This document shows positions 29,967 through 40,821 of a DNA stretch of 64,000 nucleotides, in pieces. The DNA is taken from positions 119,270-183,269 of the forward strand of contig CAZFKS010000001.1 of the NCBI GenBank assembly GCA_964519725.1, written 5' to 3'. The stretch's first letter is position 1; each line of letters opens with the position of its first letter. The notes under the pieces are model-generated. The model had not been told where the DNA came from. It did not search any database and saw only the letters and a list, made by a program, of their open reading frames with translations. Made by a program: the position numbers and the translations under genes. The stretch is from an uncultured Gammaproteobacteria bacterium (GTDB lineage Bacteria > Patescibacteriota > Patescibacteriia > Magasanikbacterales > UBA922).

Positions 29967-30878
29967 TTATTCCAGAGCCATCGCACCACCAGCAATTTCC
30001 GCAATTTCTTGCGTGATTGCAGCTTGACGAGCTTTGTTAAATTCTAAGGTTAATATCTTAATCATGTCACCGGCAGCAGAACTGGCATTTTTCATCGCCA
30101 CCATCCGCGCACTATGTTCACTGGCAGCCGATTCCAAAATGGCTTGGAATACTTGCACTTCAACGAGTCGTGGCAAAATACTTTCCGTCACTGCTTCAGG
30201 ACCTGGTTCAAATTCATATTCTGTTCGCAAATCAACCACTGGTGTAGGGCCATCATACACATCCCCAAGTAAAGCCTCCACATCCTCGGTGGTTACTGGG
30301 AGTAATTGACGAATACGTACTTCTTGGCGCAAACTAGAAACAAAGTCAGTGTAAATTACAAACACTTTGTCATATTTTTTTTCCAAAAATCCCGTGCGGG
30401 CCAGACCAGTAATTGGTGAAATATCAGCAAAACTTGGTTGCACTGGTAATTCGTCAAAAGCCGCAATTAAATTGTAACCATGTTTTTTAACAAACGCGGC
30501 ACTCTTGCGACCAACCCCAATCACATCGACATTTGTTTTGGCCACACCAATTTTTTCAGCAAGGAGTTTGTGAGCTTTTTTGAAAACATTAGAGTTAAAA
30601 CTGCCGCAAAGGCCCCGGTTTGAACTAATCAAAACCACCAGAACATTCTCCACCTTGCGCACTTCAGTGAGCGGAGTTTCTACATTTTCCATTTTGCTTA
30701 AGCGAAGCAAAAGATCGCGTGCCAAAGTCGCGTAAAGGCGGGTAGCAAGCGTGGCTTGCACGGCTTTACGCATTTTGGCAGCCGAGACCATTTCCATGGC
30801 CTTGGTCATTTTTTTGGTATTCTTGACCGACTTGATCCGCTGCTTAATTGCTTTGGTATTAATGGCCATATTAGGCAA
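29967..30878 (-). CDS. atpG: F0F1 ATP synthase subunit gamma
   Basis: 303 aa. N-terminal [25 protein letters not shown] and C-terminal [18 protein letters not shown] are gamma-subunit signatures. Confidence 0.9.
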   Translation of the reverse strand: MPNMAINTKAIKQRIKSVKNTKKMTKAMEMVSAAKMRKAVQATLATRLYATLARDLLLRLSKMENVETPLTEVRKVENVLVVLISSNRGLCGSFNSNVFKKAHKLLAEKIGVAKTNVDVIGVGRKSAAFVKKHGYNLIAAFDELPVQPSFADISPITGLARTGFLEKKYDKVFVIYTDFVSSLRQEVRIRQLLPVTTEDVEALLGDVYDGPTPVVDLRTEYEFEPGPEAVTESILPRLVEVQVFQAILESAASEHSARMVAMKNASSAAGDMIKILTLEFNKARQAAITQEIAEIAGGAMALE

Positions 30879-32361
30879 AAAATTCGGTGGCGGCTTCTTT
30901 TAACGCATTCTCAGTTTCGCCGCTCCAATCACCACCAGCAATTTTATCCATTAATTGGATTTTACTGTTGTTTAGGAAAGCAACAAAAGCGTTTTGTTTA
31001 GTTTGGATTTCTTCCATAACAACTTTATCAAAGAAACCATTGTTGGCCGCGTAAATAACGGCAACTTGTTCGGCCACACTCATTGGCGCGTACTGTGGTT
31101 GTTTCAAAAGTTCAGTCACACGGCGACCACGTTCAATTTGTTTTTTAGTTTCTGGATCAAGGTCACTTGAGAATTGTGAGAAGGCTTCTAATTCACGGAA
31201 TTGAGCGAGTGCGAGTTTGAGTGAACCAGCCACTTTTTTCATTGGTTTAATTTGGGCTGAACCACCAACCCGTGACACTGACAAACCAACGTTTAAAGCA
31301 GGACGAATACCACGGAAGAATAAATCAGTTTCAAGGAAAATTTGACCGTCAGTAATTGAGATCACATTAGTTGGAATGTAAGCCGAAATATCACCAGCTT
31401 GAGTTTCAATAATTGGCAGCGCAGTAATTGAACCACCACCATTTTCTTTGTTCAAATTGCAAGCGCGTTCGAGTAAACGGGAGTGGAGATAAAACACGTC
31501 CCCTGGGTAAGCTTCACGTCCTGGTGGGCGGCGTAACAAGAGTGACATTTCGCGGTAAGCCCAAGCTTGCTTGGTCAAATCATCGTACACAATCAAAACA
31601 TCTTTGCCTTTGTCAGCAAAATATTCAGCCATGGTTACACCAGAGTATGGGGCCAAGTATGAAAGCGGAGCTGGTTCAGACGCGCCGGCCACAACCACAA
31701 TGGTGTAGTCCATGGCACCAGCTTCTTTTAATTTATTTACAACCCGAGCGACTTTTGATTCTTTTTGACCAACTGCCACATACACACAAACCACATTCTG
31801 GCCTTTTTGGTTAATGATCGCATCAATTGCCACTGCGGTTTTACCCGTTTGGCGGTCACCAATAATAAGCTCACGTTGCCCACGACCAACTGGAATGAGT
31901 GCATCAATCGCTTTAATACCAGTTTGCATTGGCCGGTTAACCGGTTCACGAGTCATTACGCCCGGTGCCACGCGTTCAATTGGGTAAAATTTATCAGCTT
32001 TAATCGCCGCACCACCATCAACCGGTTCACCCAGTGGATTTACCACGCGACCAATCAGTCCATCAGCTACTGGCACAGACATAATGCGGCCAGTACGCTT
32101 AACAGTATCCCCTTCTTTAATTTGTTTAAAATCACCCAGAATAATTGCACCAACAGTTTCTTCTTCAAGGTTAAGGGCTACCCCCATGGTGCCATTACCA
32201 AAATCAAGCATTTCTTGGGCCTGACATTTTGATAAGCCAGTCATGCGGGCAATACCATCACCAACTTCAATAACCGTGCCGATTTCTTGTACTTCAGCGG
32301 TTGGAGCAAATTGATCTAAATTTTTCTTCAGCGAGTTTAGTACAGTATCAGTGTAAGACAT
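30871..32361 (-). CDS. atpA: F0F1 ATP synthase subunit alpha
   Basis: [14 protein letters not shown]-loop, [46 protein letters not shown]. Confidence 0.95.
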   Translation of the reverse strand: MSYTDTVLNSLKKNLDQFAPTAEVQEIGTVIEVGDGIARMTGLSKCQAQEMLDFGNGTMGVALNLEEETVGAIILGDFKQIKEGDTVKRTGRIMSVPVADGLIGRVVNPLGEPVDGGAAIKADKFYPIERVAPGVMTREPVNRPMQTGIKAIDALIPVGRGQRELIIGDRQTGKTAVAIDAIINQKGQNVVCVYVAVGQKESKVARVVNKLKEAGAMDYTIVVVAGASEPAPLSYLAPYSGVTMAEYFADKGKDVLIVYDDLTKQAWAYREMSLLLRRPPGREAYPGDVFYLHSRLLERACNLNKENGGGSITALPIIETQAGDISAYIPTNVISITDGQIFLETDLFFRGIRPALNVGLSVSRVGGSAQIKPMKKVAGSLKLALAQFRELEAFSQFSSDLDPETKKQIERGRRVTELLKQPQYAPMSVAEQVAVIYAANNGFFDKVVMEEIQTKQNAFVAFLNNSKIQLMDKIAGGDWSGETENALKEAATEFFA

Positions 32362-32362
32362 A

Positions 32363-32776
32363 TTATTTAGCTAAGGATTTTTCTAATTGTTGTAATTGAC
32401 CTTTGAGTGACGCATCGTATTCATGCGAACTGGTTTTAATTTTCAGTCCGCCGAGTAAGTCTGGATTAGTGGTCACTTTGATTTGTGCTCTGCTTCCCAG
32501 AATTTTTTCTACTGCTTGCTGCACAATTTTTTCTGGTAATTCGCGCGCTGTCGTTACTTCAGCGGTTATAATTCCCTCTTGTCGGTTGGCGTATTCTTCA
32601 AATTCTTTCATGATCGCTGGCAATTTTTTGAGCGCGTGCTTGTCTTCTAAAAATCGGAGAAATTCTCTGGTCACCGCGTTCACATCTTTTGCTTCGCGCG
32701 TTAGATTGTATAGTATTTTGGCGTAGTGCCGCGGTAAAAGTTTTGGCATATTATTCCATTGACTTAACCGTATCAC
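32363..32776 (-). CDS. atpH: F0F1 ATP synthase subunit delta (OSCP)
   Basis: 137 aa helical protein between atpF and atpA. Short version of delta. Confidence 0.7.
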   Translation of the reverse strand: MIRLSQWNNMPKLLPRHYAKILYNLTREAKDVNAVTREFLRFLEDKHALKKLPAIMKEFEEYANRQEGIITAEVTTARELPEKIVQQAVEKILGSRAQIKVTTNPDLLGGLKIKTSSHEYDASLKGQLQQLEKSLAK

Positions 32777-33335
32777 TAATTAATTTTTGGTCAGATTTAT
32801 CATCCATTTTGGTACGCAAAATTTTCTCAGTCGCACCAGTGACTAGGCCAGCGAGCTCAGCGCGCACTTCAGCCATCATGGTTTCACGTTCAGTAGCCAA
32901 TTGTTTTTTCCCAGCCAAAACTAAACTTTCAATTTCAGCTTTAGTTGTTTCTTTCATTTTATTTTTGTACTCCTCAGCATCAGCTTTGGCTGTGGCTAAA
33001 ACTTCGTTCGCGTCAGCCTTCGCTTTAGCAATCGCTGCATCGTATTCTTCTTTACTTTTGGTTACTTGTGACGCAATGATTTCGGCACGATCAAGTGATT
33101 CATCGATAATCTTTTTGCGTTCATCCATTTTTTTAGTGAGTGGTTTCAAAATTAAAAACCACACAATCGCGGCCACGAGTGCAAAGTTAAATAATTGCCA
33201 GCCAAACATTGAAGCATTTAAACCGAGCGATGCAATTACACTTTCATCAGCTGGCGCAGCTTCGTGACCAGTTGTTTCGTGACCAACATTTTCTTGGGCC
33301 ACTGTTGTTTCCATGATTTCGTGACTTTCAATCAT
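32751..33335 (-). CDS. atpF: F0F1 ATP synthase subunit b
   Basis: N-terminal TM helix then long charged coiled coil (ILKPLTKKMDERKKIIDESLDRAE...). Operon position. Confidence 0.75.
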   Translation of the reverse strand: MIESHEIMETTVAQENVGHETTGHEAAPADESVIASLGLNASMFGWQLFNFALVAAIVWFLILKPLTKKMDERKKIIDESLDRAEIIASQVTKSKEEYDAAIAKAKADANEVLATAKADAEEYKNKMKETTKAEIESLVLAGKKQLATERETMMAEVRAELAGLVTGATEKILRTKMDDKSDQKLISDTVKSME

Positions 33336-33391
33336 ATATTCATTAAATAAATCAATGAATGATCTGAACGATGGTTCAGATCATGATCAAT

Positions 33392-33616
33392 TTACTTGAG
33401 AGTAAATACTACTACGAGTGAGTAGATCGCAATCGCTTCAGCGAAAGCAGCGCCAAGAAGCATTGGCACGAAAACTTTTCCGCCGGCTTCTGGGTTGCGG
33501 CCAATGGCTTCCATGGCCTTTGAAACAATTTTACCAATGGCAAAAGCTGGAGCTACGCCACCAAGGGCCATAGTTGCCGCTTTCATCATGATCACGACTG
33601 ATTCATGTTCCATCAT
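33392..33616 (-). CDS. atpE: F0F1 ATP synthase subunit c
   Basis: 74-aa two-helix hairpin, GRNPEAGG loop, essential carboxylate in helix 2 (FAEAIAIY). Confidence 0.85.
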   Translation of the reverse strand: MMEHESVVIMMKAATMALGGVAPAFAIGKIVSKAMEAIGRNPEAGGKVFVPMLLGAAFAEAIAIYSLVVVFTLK

Positions 33617-33752
33617 ATAGATGTGTTTAGTGTTTGGGTCGAGGGATCTTTTGGGGAAAAGTTTTTAACCTCGCCTTCACACGTGAATTAAAGTCCAGAA
33701 TTATTTTCTGGTTAACCCTGCCTTTTGCAAAGCAAGGATTACCAACCAATAA

Positions 33753-34535
33753 TTAGTGTTCAGCTCCGTGCGGCGCTTCACTGGCCAAAGTTAAATATAC
33801 CAAGGTTAACATTGCAAAAACTGAAGCTTGAATTAATCCAACCAAAAGTTCCAGCATCATAAACGGAGTTGGTACGAGCGCAATTGCCAGCGCGCTAATC
33901 ACTGAAATTAAAACTTCACCCGCAAAAATATTTCCAAACAACCGTAATGAAAGGGACAGCATTTTAGCAAATTCACTAATGATTTCTAGTAAACCAACCG
34001 CAAATTCCACAACGGCGCTAAAGATTCCGATCGGCCCTTTTTTTACACTCATTACCAATTGTTTAAGCTGCACAAATTTTCCGAGGTGTGTAAACACACC
34101 AATTGCTGCAAAGGCATAAAGGTGTGAGGCAAACACCGCGACTATGGCCATGGCCGCAGTTAAATTTAAATCAGTATTAGCTGGACGAAGCAGCATGCTG
34201 TGACCAACTGTAATACTTCCTGTTCCTGGTAAAAGTCCAAGCCAGTTAGACAACAAAATAAAAAAGAAGATAGAACCTACCAGCGGAAAAAAGCGCCGCG
34301 TTTTTGTTCTATCTCCAGTCACTTGGTCAAAATAACCAAATAAAATTTCAATAATGTGCTCAAAGCCGTTTTGGAATTTACCTGGCCGCAGTTTGGCACT
34401 GCGTGAAACCACCATTCCAATAATCAGGAAAATAATAATTGCCAGCCAACTGTTAATCATGGTGTTGGTCACAGTAACTGGACCAAGGTGGAACAGGGCT
34501 TCAGGTGCAAGAGTCGGAATGTGAATTTCAGCCAT
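33753..34535 (-). CDS. atpB: F0F1 ATP synthase subunit a
   Basis: LSLSLRLFGNIFAGEVL with the conserved Arg. 260 aa polytopic. Confidence 0.9.
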   Translation of the reverse strand: MAEIHIPTLAPEALFHLGPVTVTNTMINSWLAIIIFLIIGMVVSRSAKLRPGKFQNGFEHIIEILFGYFDQVTGDRTKTRRFFPLVGSIFFFILLSNWLGLLPGTGSITVGHSMLLRPANTDLNLTAAMAIVAVFASHLYAFAAIGVFTHLGKFVQLKQLVMSVKKGPIGIFSAVVEFAVGLLEIISEFAKMLSLSLRLFGNIFAGEVLISVISALAIALVPTPFMMLELLVGLIQASVFAMLTLVYLTLASEAPHGAEH

Positions 34536-34536
34536 A

Positions 34537-34863
34537 TTAATTGTGATCTTTATTCTTTTCGTTTCTTTTTTCGGTGTCAGCCAAAGTATTTAACTCGGAA
34601 AATTCTTTTCCGTATTGTTTGGCTTTTTTGTAGATCATTTTTCCAGAGACCAGGGCCGCTAGAATGAATGATCCAATCGTGAACTTGTAGCCTGTGCCAT
34701 ATTTTCCGTCGAGCCATTGACCTAGAATGACGAAAGCGACCACCGGAACCGCAATGGCGGCCCCAAAGTCCCCCACGACCCGCATGGCCATCATGGCGTA
34801 CTTCCGGTCAGTTTCTGAGGAAAATAGAGGCATAGCTTTTAAAGTGACGCCGATATGATACAA
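34537..34863 (-). CDS. AtpZ/AtpI-like small membrane protein preceding atpB
   Basis: 108 aa, two TM helices. Position first in the atp operon, 1-nt gap to atpB. Confidence 0.45.
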   Translation of the reverse strand: MYHIGVTLKAMPLFSSETDRKYAMMAMRVVGDFGAAIAVPVVAFVILGQWLDGKYGTGYKFTIGSFILAALVSGKMIYKKAKQYGKEFSELNTLADTEKRNEKNKDHN

Positions 34864-34883
34864 GAAAATAAAGCTTCCGTCAA
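34855..34883 (-). promoter_or_regulatory. sigma70-like promoter (TTGACG-17-TATCAT) of the ATP synthase operon
   Basis: Minus strand reads ttgacg gaagctttattttcttg tatcat, just upstream of the atpZ-like start. Confidence 0.4.
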
Positions 34884-34960
34884 TCTTTTTTTGTATAAGT
34901 CCCCAAAAGCTCAGTAAATCGCTTCAAAAGGCTCTATTGAGCCAAAATACTGAACTTTTG

Positions 34961-35473
34961 CTAAAAACTCAAAAGCACGGCGCCAAAGAAATAACCCACC
35001 AGCAAAGTAGTAATTGCCCAGGTAAACGCACTCAAAATATTCCACCAAAAAAAATCTTTATATTTCATTTTGGTTAGTCCCGCGATAAACGGGACAATGG
35101 AACGTAAGGGGCCAATAAAACGGGCCAGGAAAACACTTTTAGTACCATGTGCTGCAAAAAATTTTTCACCCTTTTGCAAATGACTAGGTTTAAAAAATTT
35201 ATTGGTTGGTTTGAATAAACCAGTTGAACGTGTGCCAAAATAAAAACTCAAATTATCACCAATAATTGCACCAAGAGTTACAAACCAAATCAAATCTACC
35301 AAATCAAAAGTGCGTTCAGCAGCCAAAAATCCCGCTAACAAAACTAAAGGTGTGCCTGGTACGACGAGCCCAAGCAAACTAGCTGACTCAAACGCAAAAA
35401 TACAAACCATAACCCAGTAACCCCAAAAACCAAGGTTCTGCAAATCAGGTAAAATAGTTTGTAAATAATCCAT
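34961..35473 (-). CDS. DedA/SNARE-associated (TVP38/TMEM64) family membrane protein
   Basis: 170 aa. FESASLLGLVVPG and GPLRSIVPFIAG motifs of the DedA family. 1-nt gap after the P-type ATPase gene. Confidence 0.8.
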   Translation of the reverse strand: MDYLQTILPDLQNLGFWGYWVMVCIFAFESASLLGLVVPGTPLVLLAGFLAAERTFDLVDLIWFVTLGAIIGDNLSFYFGTRSTGLFKPTNKFFKPSHLQKGEKFFAAHGTKSVFLARFIGPLRSIVPFIAGLTKMKYKDFFWWNILSAFTWAITTLLVGYFFGAVLLSF

Positions 35474-35474
35474 A

Positions 35475-38048
35475 TTATTTAGTGTGAGTAGCTAATTCGC
35501 TTTTATTACTAAACCAGTAATAACCACGTTTCACAATTTCCGTAATGAAAAAGTATAGGACCGCGATTACCAGAACAGCAATATAATCTTGTTTTGTCGG
35601 TAAAGTAAATTTGAAAATTTCACGCATGGTTGGAATAAGAGGTAAGGCCAAAGTTACGATCATGGCTGTAATAGTTAGCCAAATAATAGTAAGTGATGGA
35701 CGTTTGGCCTGCCAGCTCCAACCGCGCGCGCGAATTGAGAATAAAAATAATAATTCAGTCACAATACTACCCATGAACCAATTGGTTTGTAGACCCATTG
35801 GCCCTTGACCTTTGAAATAGGCAAAGTAAATAAAATCAAACAGTGAACTAACTAAACCAAGGGTGGTGGCAATGAGCGCAATTTCTTTGATGTCATATTG
35901 TTTTGGTTTTTTAATCGCAGCACCATCCACCCGATCAGTCGCAATCGCAATCATTGGAAAATCAGAGAGTAAATTAAGCAACAAAATTTGAAGCGGCAAC
36001 ATTGGTAAAAAATCAATCAAAAGTGAGGCCACTGCAACGGCGTAAAAATTTCCCAGGTTTGAAGCCAGCGTAGATTTAATGTACGTCAGGGTATTTACAA
36101 ACACTACGCGGCCCTCACGAATACCATCAATGATCACATTTAAACTTTTTTGTAAAAGCACCACGTCCGCAGCTTCACGCGCGACGTCCGAAGCTTCAGC
36201 CACAACGAGTCCAACTTGCGCAATTTTGAGTGCTGGCGCATCATTAATCCCCTCACCCAAAAATCCGACTTGGTGTTTAGTTTGGAGCAGTTGGATGATC
36301 CGATATTTTTCACTTGGATTGACACGCGCAAATACAGCAGTGTTTTCAGCGGCGCGGAGTTGATCAGATTCTGGTAATTTGAGTAAATCCGCGGCTGTTA
36401 AAACCTGATTACTTTCAGTCACCAAACCAACTTCACGGCCAATCGCTTCAGCTACTTCGGCGCCATCACCAGTAATAATTTTAACCGCTACGCCTAGGGC
36501 CTTAGCTTCTGCAATTGCCGCTTTACTAGTTGGTTTTAGTGGATCAACAAATGAAATTAAACCAATTCCTTCAACCCCGTCTTCGGCTTTCACTAAATCC
36601 GCACTATCAGTTTTCTTGGCTTTTTTGGCTGCCACCATAATTACGCGCCGGCCTTTTTTCCCTTCCGCTTCTAGCCAAGCGAGCGCGGTTTTGTCCGTAG
36701 TTTTAATGTCTGATAAAGCCGCCACTTCAGCAAAGGCACCGCGCACAATTAATTTAGTTTGTGTACTCGTGGCACACAAAACTACATTGCGACGCCGGGC
36801 TGGATCAAAGGGTAAATCCGCCAGCATGGAACAAGCACTTAATTTTTGTTTGTCAGTTTTAGATAATTCTTTAGCCAGTGCAATATCAAACGAGTTGTTC
36901 GCTTCTTTGCCAGTTTCGTGCAAAAATGGCGCTGCTTCAGCGGCCGTTAAAATTACCTCGGCTTTTTTGTACGCACCAAATGGCAGAACTTCAGCCACGG
37001 TCAATTCATTTTGCGTAATCGTTCCAGTTTTATCTGAACACAAAATTTCAATCCCACCCAAATCTTCAATGGCTGACAAACGTTTCACGACCACTTTTTT
37101 CTTGGCTAAATGCAAAGCTCCGCGGGACAAAGAAAAAGTTGTCACCACTGGCAAAGCTTCGGGAATCACACTAATCGCGAGCGCAATTGAGAAAATAATT
37201 AGTTCAATTAAATCACTGCGGCTAGCCGATTTAATGGTCACATTGGCAATAAAAACTAATAGCAAGGTGCCAAAAATTAAACGCAAAATAAAGGTACTTA
37301 GACTTTTAATGCCTTTTTCAAAACCACTTTCGCGCACCGTGTCAGCGGCTAAGTGCGCAATACTACCCATCACTGAATTAGCACCAGTCGCTACCACTAC
37401 CGCCGTCGCCTTGCCTTCGACAATGGTTGTACCAGAAAAAACCACATTTGTGCCATCGTACACATCAGTTGGTTTTTTGACTGACTCAATTGTTTTGTTC
37501 ACTGGTACTGATTCACCAGTTAACACAGTTTCATTAACGGTTAAACCCGCAGTAGAAATTACGCGCGCGTCTGCTGGAACAATATCACCAGTTTGTAAAA
37601 TTAAAATATCACCCGGTACTAAATCAGTGCTTGGTACCAAGGTTTCTTTGCCTGCCCGAATGGTGCGCGCTTTAGCCACTACCAGTGAACTCAAAGTGGC
37701 GAGCATTTTTTCTGACCGAAATTCTTGAATAAACCCAAGAACAACATTAATTACAATAAACAAAACAATCATGCACGCATCGATCTTTTCCCCAAACATT
37801 AGTGACAGCGGGACTGTAGCGAGCAAAATATAAATAAACGGCGACGCAAATTGCCGCCAAAGCACATGGTACCAGCGTACTTTTTGTTTTCCTAATTCAT
37901 TTAAACCAAATTTGGTTTGACGCGTTTTAATTTCAGTTTCAGACAAACCAGTTTCAGTGACATTTAAATTATGCAAAACTTCTTCCGCACTCACATGACT
38001 ATATTCCAACCACTTCGCCGTGGTGTTTGGCAAAGTATTTTTTTTCAT
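35475..38048 (-). CDS. cation-transporting P-type ATPase (P2-type, Ca2+/Mg2+-like)
   Basis: Phosphorylation site CSDKTGTITQN, PEALP (PEGL-type) motif, hinge GDGINDAPALK, 10 TM helices, N-terminal cation-ATPase domain. Confidence 0.9.
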   Translation of the reverse strand: MKKNTLPNTTAKWLEYSHVSAEEVLHNLNVTETGLSETEIKTRQTKFGLNELGKQKVRWYHVLWRQFASPFIYILLATVPLSLMFGEKIDACMIVLFIVINVVLGFIQEFRSEKMLATLSSLVVAKARTIRAGKETLVPSTDLVPGDILILQTGDIVPADARVISTAGLTVNETVLTGESVPVNKTIESVKKPTDVYDGTNVVFSGTTIVEGKATAVVVATGANSVMGSIAHLAADTVRESGFEKGIKSLSTFILRLIFGTLLLVFIANVTIKSASRSDLIELIIFSIALAISVIPEALPVVTTFSLSRGALHLAKKKVVVKRLSAIEDLGGIEILCSDKTGTITQNELTVAEVLPFGAYKKAEVILTAAEAAPFLHETGKEANNSFDIALAKELSKTDKQKLSACSMLADLPFDPARRRNVVLCATSTQTKLIVRGAFAEVAALSDIKTTDKTALAWLEAEGKKGRRVIMVAAKKAKKTDSADLVKAEDGVEGIGLISFVDPLKPTSKAAIAEAKALGVAVKIITGDGAEVAEAIGREVGLVTESNQVLTAADLLKLPESDQLRAAENTAVFARVNPSEKYRIIQLLQTKHQVGFLGEGINDAPALKIAQVGLVVAEASDVAREAADVVLLQKSLNVIIDGIREGRVVFVNTLTYIKSTLASNLGNFYAVAVASLLIDFLPMLPLQILLLNLLSDFPMIAIATDRVDGAAIKKPKQYDIKEIALIATTLGLVSSLFDFIYFAYFKGQGPMGLQTNWFMGSIVTELLFLFSIRARGWSWQAKRPSLTIIWLTITAMIVTLALPLIPTMREIFKFTLPTKQDYIAVLVIAVLYFFITEIVKRGYYWFSNKSELATHTK

Positions 38049-38049
38049 A

Positions 38050-38799
38050 CTAAACTAATTTGGCCAACAGAAAAATTAACGTTGACCAGGCCAAGAACGC
38101 ACTCAGTGGCACGCGGTCTAATTTTTCTTGACGTTTTACAAGAGCACATAAAATGGAATACAAGGCAGCGCCAACATAAGCCACGGCTGTGCCAAGCACA
38201 ATTGCATTCCAGCCAATTAAAGCGCCACTGAGCGCTCCAACCCACATATCTTCAGAACTCACCCAGCGCCCGCGCGAGAGTACATATTGCCACAAGAAAA
38301 AACCAGCCGCCACCAGTGCACCAGTGCCACTAGCCGAAAAATTTGGCAACCAACTAGTCTGCAGACTTAGTAATCCAACTAAAACCAAACCAGTAGCCCA
38401 AATCAAGGGTACTGGAATTTCTTGCCAAAAAAAATCGTTCATGACAATGGTGACTAGGCACGCACTAACTACAAAAAATCCAAGCAGTGACCACCAATTC
38501 AATTGCGGCTGGTGGTAAAAAACTCCGGCCCAAATTGAGCCAATTAACACTTCAGCCAGCAGCGAATAGTAAGGTGCATCATGGCCACACTTTTGACATT
38601 TACCGCGTACGATAAAAAACCCTAACACTGGAATCAGGGCCACGGCTGACAGTTGTTTACCACAGTGGTCACACACTGAACGTTGACCAAGTGATTTATT
38701 TTTGTTTGCCTTACTCTGACGCCACGCAAAACACAACAACAGGGACGCTGCAATTGCACCAAAAGCAAATAAAGCCGCACTAATTAAACCGAGCGGCAT
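38050..38799 (-). CDS. pilD: type IV prepilin leader peptidase (A24 family) with N-terminal tetra-Cys domain
   Basis: CDHCGKQL...CQKCGH zinc-binding N-domain followed by polytopic membrane domain. Adjacent to the pilin gene. Confidence 0.75.
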   Translation of the reverse strand: MPLGLISAALFAFGAIAASLLLCFAWRQSKANKNKSLGQRSVCDHCGKQLSAVALIPVLGFFIVRGKCQKCGHDAPYYSLLAEVLIGSIWAGVFYHQPQLNWWSLLGFFVVSACLVTIVMNDFFWQEIPVPLIWATGLVLVGLLSLQTSWLPNFSASGTGALVAAGFFLWQYVLSRGRWVSSEDMWVGALSGALIGWNAIVLGTAVAYVGAALYSILCALVKRQEKLDRVPLSAFLAWSTLIFLLAKLV

Positions 38800-38806
38800 A
38801 AAAAAT

Positions 38807-39247
38807 TTATTGACCGTTTTTAATTACAAATGGATCAACGGCAATTGGTCCGGCTGCGAGTGTATCAGTACCAGCTTCTAAAGTTGCTAAAATTTTGAAT
38901 GTTTTTCCGTCGGTTGAAACATACACATAAGTGCCAGAGCCTGGATCATGTGGAATTACAGGCATGAGCGGTTCTGTACAACCCAGCGGGCCAAAACCAG
39001 TCGCGTTCAAACACACCGCATTACCAACTCCCAGCGGAACACCACCGGGCTGCGTGGTTGGGTAGCTATTGCGCTTGTTGAAATAACTTTCGAGTGCAAA
39101 CCGAACCTGAGTCATGTCTGACAAACGAATCGCATCATTAGCTTTTTTACGCGCTGAGCCAAGCGCAATCACCGCCAGGGTGGACAGTAATGCGATCACA
39201 GCAATAACAACGAGTAATTCAATCAGGGTAAAGCCTTTGCGATTCAT
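38807..39247 (-). CDS. type IV pilin / pseudopilin (prepilin-type N-terminal methylation domain)
   Basis: MNRKGFTLIELLVVIAVIALL class III signal peptide with Glu+5. Confidence 0.85.
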   Translation of the reverse strand: MNRKGFTLIELLVVIAVIALLSTLAVIALGSARKKANDAIRLSDMTQVRFALESYFNKRNSYPTTQPGGVPLGVGNAVCLNATGFGPLGCTEPLMPVIPHDPGSGTYVYVSTDGKTFKILATLEAGTDTLAAGPIAVDPFVIKNGQ

Positions 39248-39255
39248 AAAAATAA

Positions 39256-39651
39256 TTAATGTTTCAAAACTTTTTTAACTTCAGCCACAGTAGCTGAAGG
39301 TCGACAGTGGGCTTTAATTAAGTACGAAGCAGCCCCAAGTTCAAGCCCCTTTTCTACATCTTCTTTTTGCCCCAAATTAGTTAGTAAAATCACGGGAATG
39401 TGCGCAGTACTTTTATCTTTTTTTAATTCTTGCAACACTGCAAAACCATCCAGGTGCGGGAGCAAAATATCGAGCAAAATAATATCTGGTTTTTTCTTGC
39501 GCGCAGCCTCGAGACCGTCTTCACCATTTTCAGCCACTGAAACTTTAAAATCTTCTTGTTCAAATTTCGTGCGGTAGATTGACGCTAAAAAAGTGTCGTC
39601 TTCTACTAGCAAAAGGTGGGTGCTACTCGCCATATAGATACAGTATACCAA
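39256..39651 (-). CDS. single-domain response regulator (CheY/PilH-like receiver)
   Basis: LLVEDD, phospho-acceptor Asp in DIILLDILLP, conserved Thr (LLTNL) and Lys. 131 aa. Confidence 0.85.
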   Translation of the reverse strand: MVYCIYMASSTHLLLVEDDTFLASIYRTKFEQEDFKVSVAENGEDGLEAARKKKPDIILLDILLPHLDGFAVLQELKKDKSTAHIPVILLTNLGQKEDVEKGLELGAASYLIKAHCRPSATVAEVKKVLKH

Positions 39652-39672
39652 AGTGGGAAAATTTAGCTACAG

Positions 39673-40791
39673 TTAAAAATTTCTCAGGGCCAGGCCAATG
39701 GAAACCGCCATCCGGGGCGCCAGGTCATGGAGGAGAGGTTTGAGGCCATCCTGGTACAAAACCCGGGCCCACGGGTCACCAACAAACACCCGGACTGGAA
39801 ATTGGGTTTTTAAGTATTCAACCACTGGCGGAAATTGAGCCGCCCCACCAGTTAAAATAATTTTTTCTGGTTTGCGATTTTCATTGCCAGTCTGGCTCAG
39901 GTACAAATCAAAGTGGTACTGAATTTCTTTGGCCAGTGGTTCCAGGAATCTAATAAATGGTTCAGACGTAACTAACGCACTTGAAATATTGGAGACATCG
40001 TGCTTGAGTAATTGGGCCTGTTTCAAATTAACCCCAAGTCTCTCGGCAATCACCGAATCTAAAATTGAACCACCCAATTGCAAACTCCGCTGAGTCATTG
40101 GCAAGCCTTTATCAATGAGGGAAAAATTGGTGCGTTCAGCGCCAATGTCAACCACCATGGTCAAGGCCTCATCTTTACCAACCAGTGACCGGGCCAAAGC
40201 AAAGGCTTCAGTTTCTAATTCTTGTAAACTTAAACCAGCTTGTTGAAAAATACGGGTGTAAAACATGACCATGTTTTTTGGCGCGGCTGTGACCAGTAAA
40301 CGGATATAATGTTTTTTTAATTCTTCACTAAGCGGCACTGGCTGATACACAATTTGCATGTCATCCAAAGATTGAGGCAAAACTTTAGCTACCTCAGCGC
40401 GGACCAACTTATCAATTTCTTTTTCTGGAACTTGAGGCAAATTAATAATGGTGTGAAAAACATGAGACACCGGCAAACTAGAGGCAGCGCGCTGGCCCAC
40501 AACCTTAGCTTTTTTAATTAAATCCTTAAGAAGCAAACCGTAGTGATCAGCCCGTTCCGCACTAAATTCATCGGCTTCGGATAGAACTGATTTTTTGGAC
40601 ATGGTTTTTCCAGTTGGACTGAGGGGCGCGGTTTCAGTTGCTGTCGCGTGAATCGCAATTTTTTCTTCAGCAATGCCATAAGTCCACAGCTGTGGGCGCG
40701 CTTTGGTTCGACGAAGTTCAACTAATTTAATTCCCTCTGCGCCAATATCAACGCCAATGTATGATTCAATTTTATTTCCAAATAGTCCCAT
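39673..40791 (-). CDS. pilM: type IV pilus assembly protein PilM (actin-like ATPase fold)
   Basis: GVDIGAEGIKLVEL N-terminal phosphate-1 motif, internal VVDIGAERTNFSLI. 372 aa. Pilus gene context. Confidence 0.7.
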   Translation of the reverse strand: MGLFGNKIESYIGVDIGAEGIKLVELRRTKARPQLWTYGIAEEKIAIHATATETAPLSPTGKTMSKKSVLSEADEFSAERADHYGLLLKDLIKKAKVVGQRAASSLPVSHVFHTIINLPQVPEKEIDKLVRAEVAKVLPQSLDDMQIVYQPVPLSEELKKHYIRLLVTAAPKNMVMFYTRIFQQAGLSLQELETEAFALARSLVGKDEALTMVVDIGAERTNFSLIDKGLPMTQRSLQLGGSILDSVIAERLGVNLKQAQLLKHDVSNISSALVTSEPFIRFLEPLAKEIQYHFDLYLSQTGNENRKPEKIILTGGAAQFPPVVEYLKTQFPVRVFVGDPWARVLYQDGLKPLLHDLAPRMAVSIGLALRNF

Positions 40792-40821
40792 AACAATGAT
40801 TTGGCTAAGTATACCACAAAC

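Noticed and set aside
32689-33267. 192-aa plus-strand ORF
   Set aside because: It is antisense inside atpF/atpH. It is Ala/Ser-rich low complexity.
36616-37728. 370-aa plus-strand ORF (Ala/Ser/Thr-rich)
   Set aside because: It is entirely antisense within the P-type ATPase gene, which has unambiguous catalytic motifs. It has low-complexity composition typical of antisense frames.
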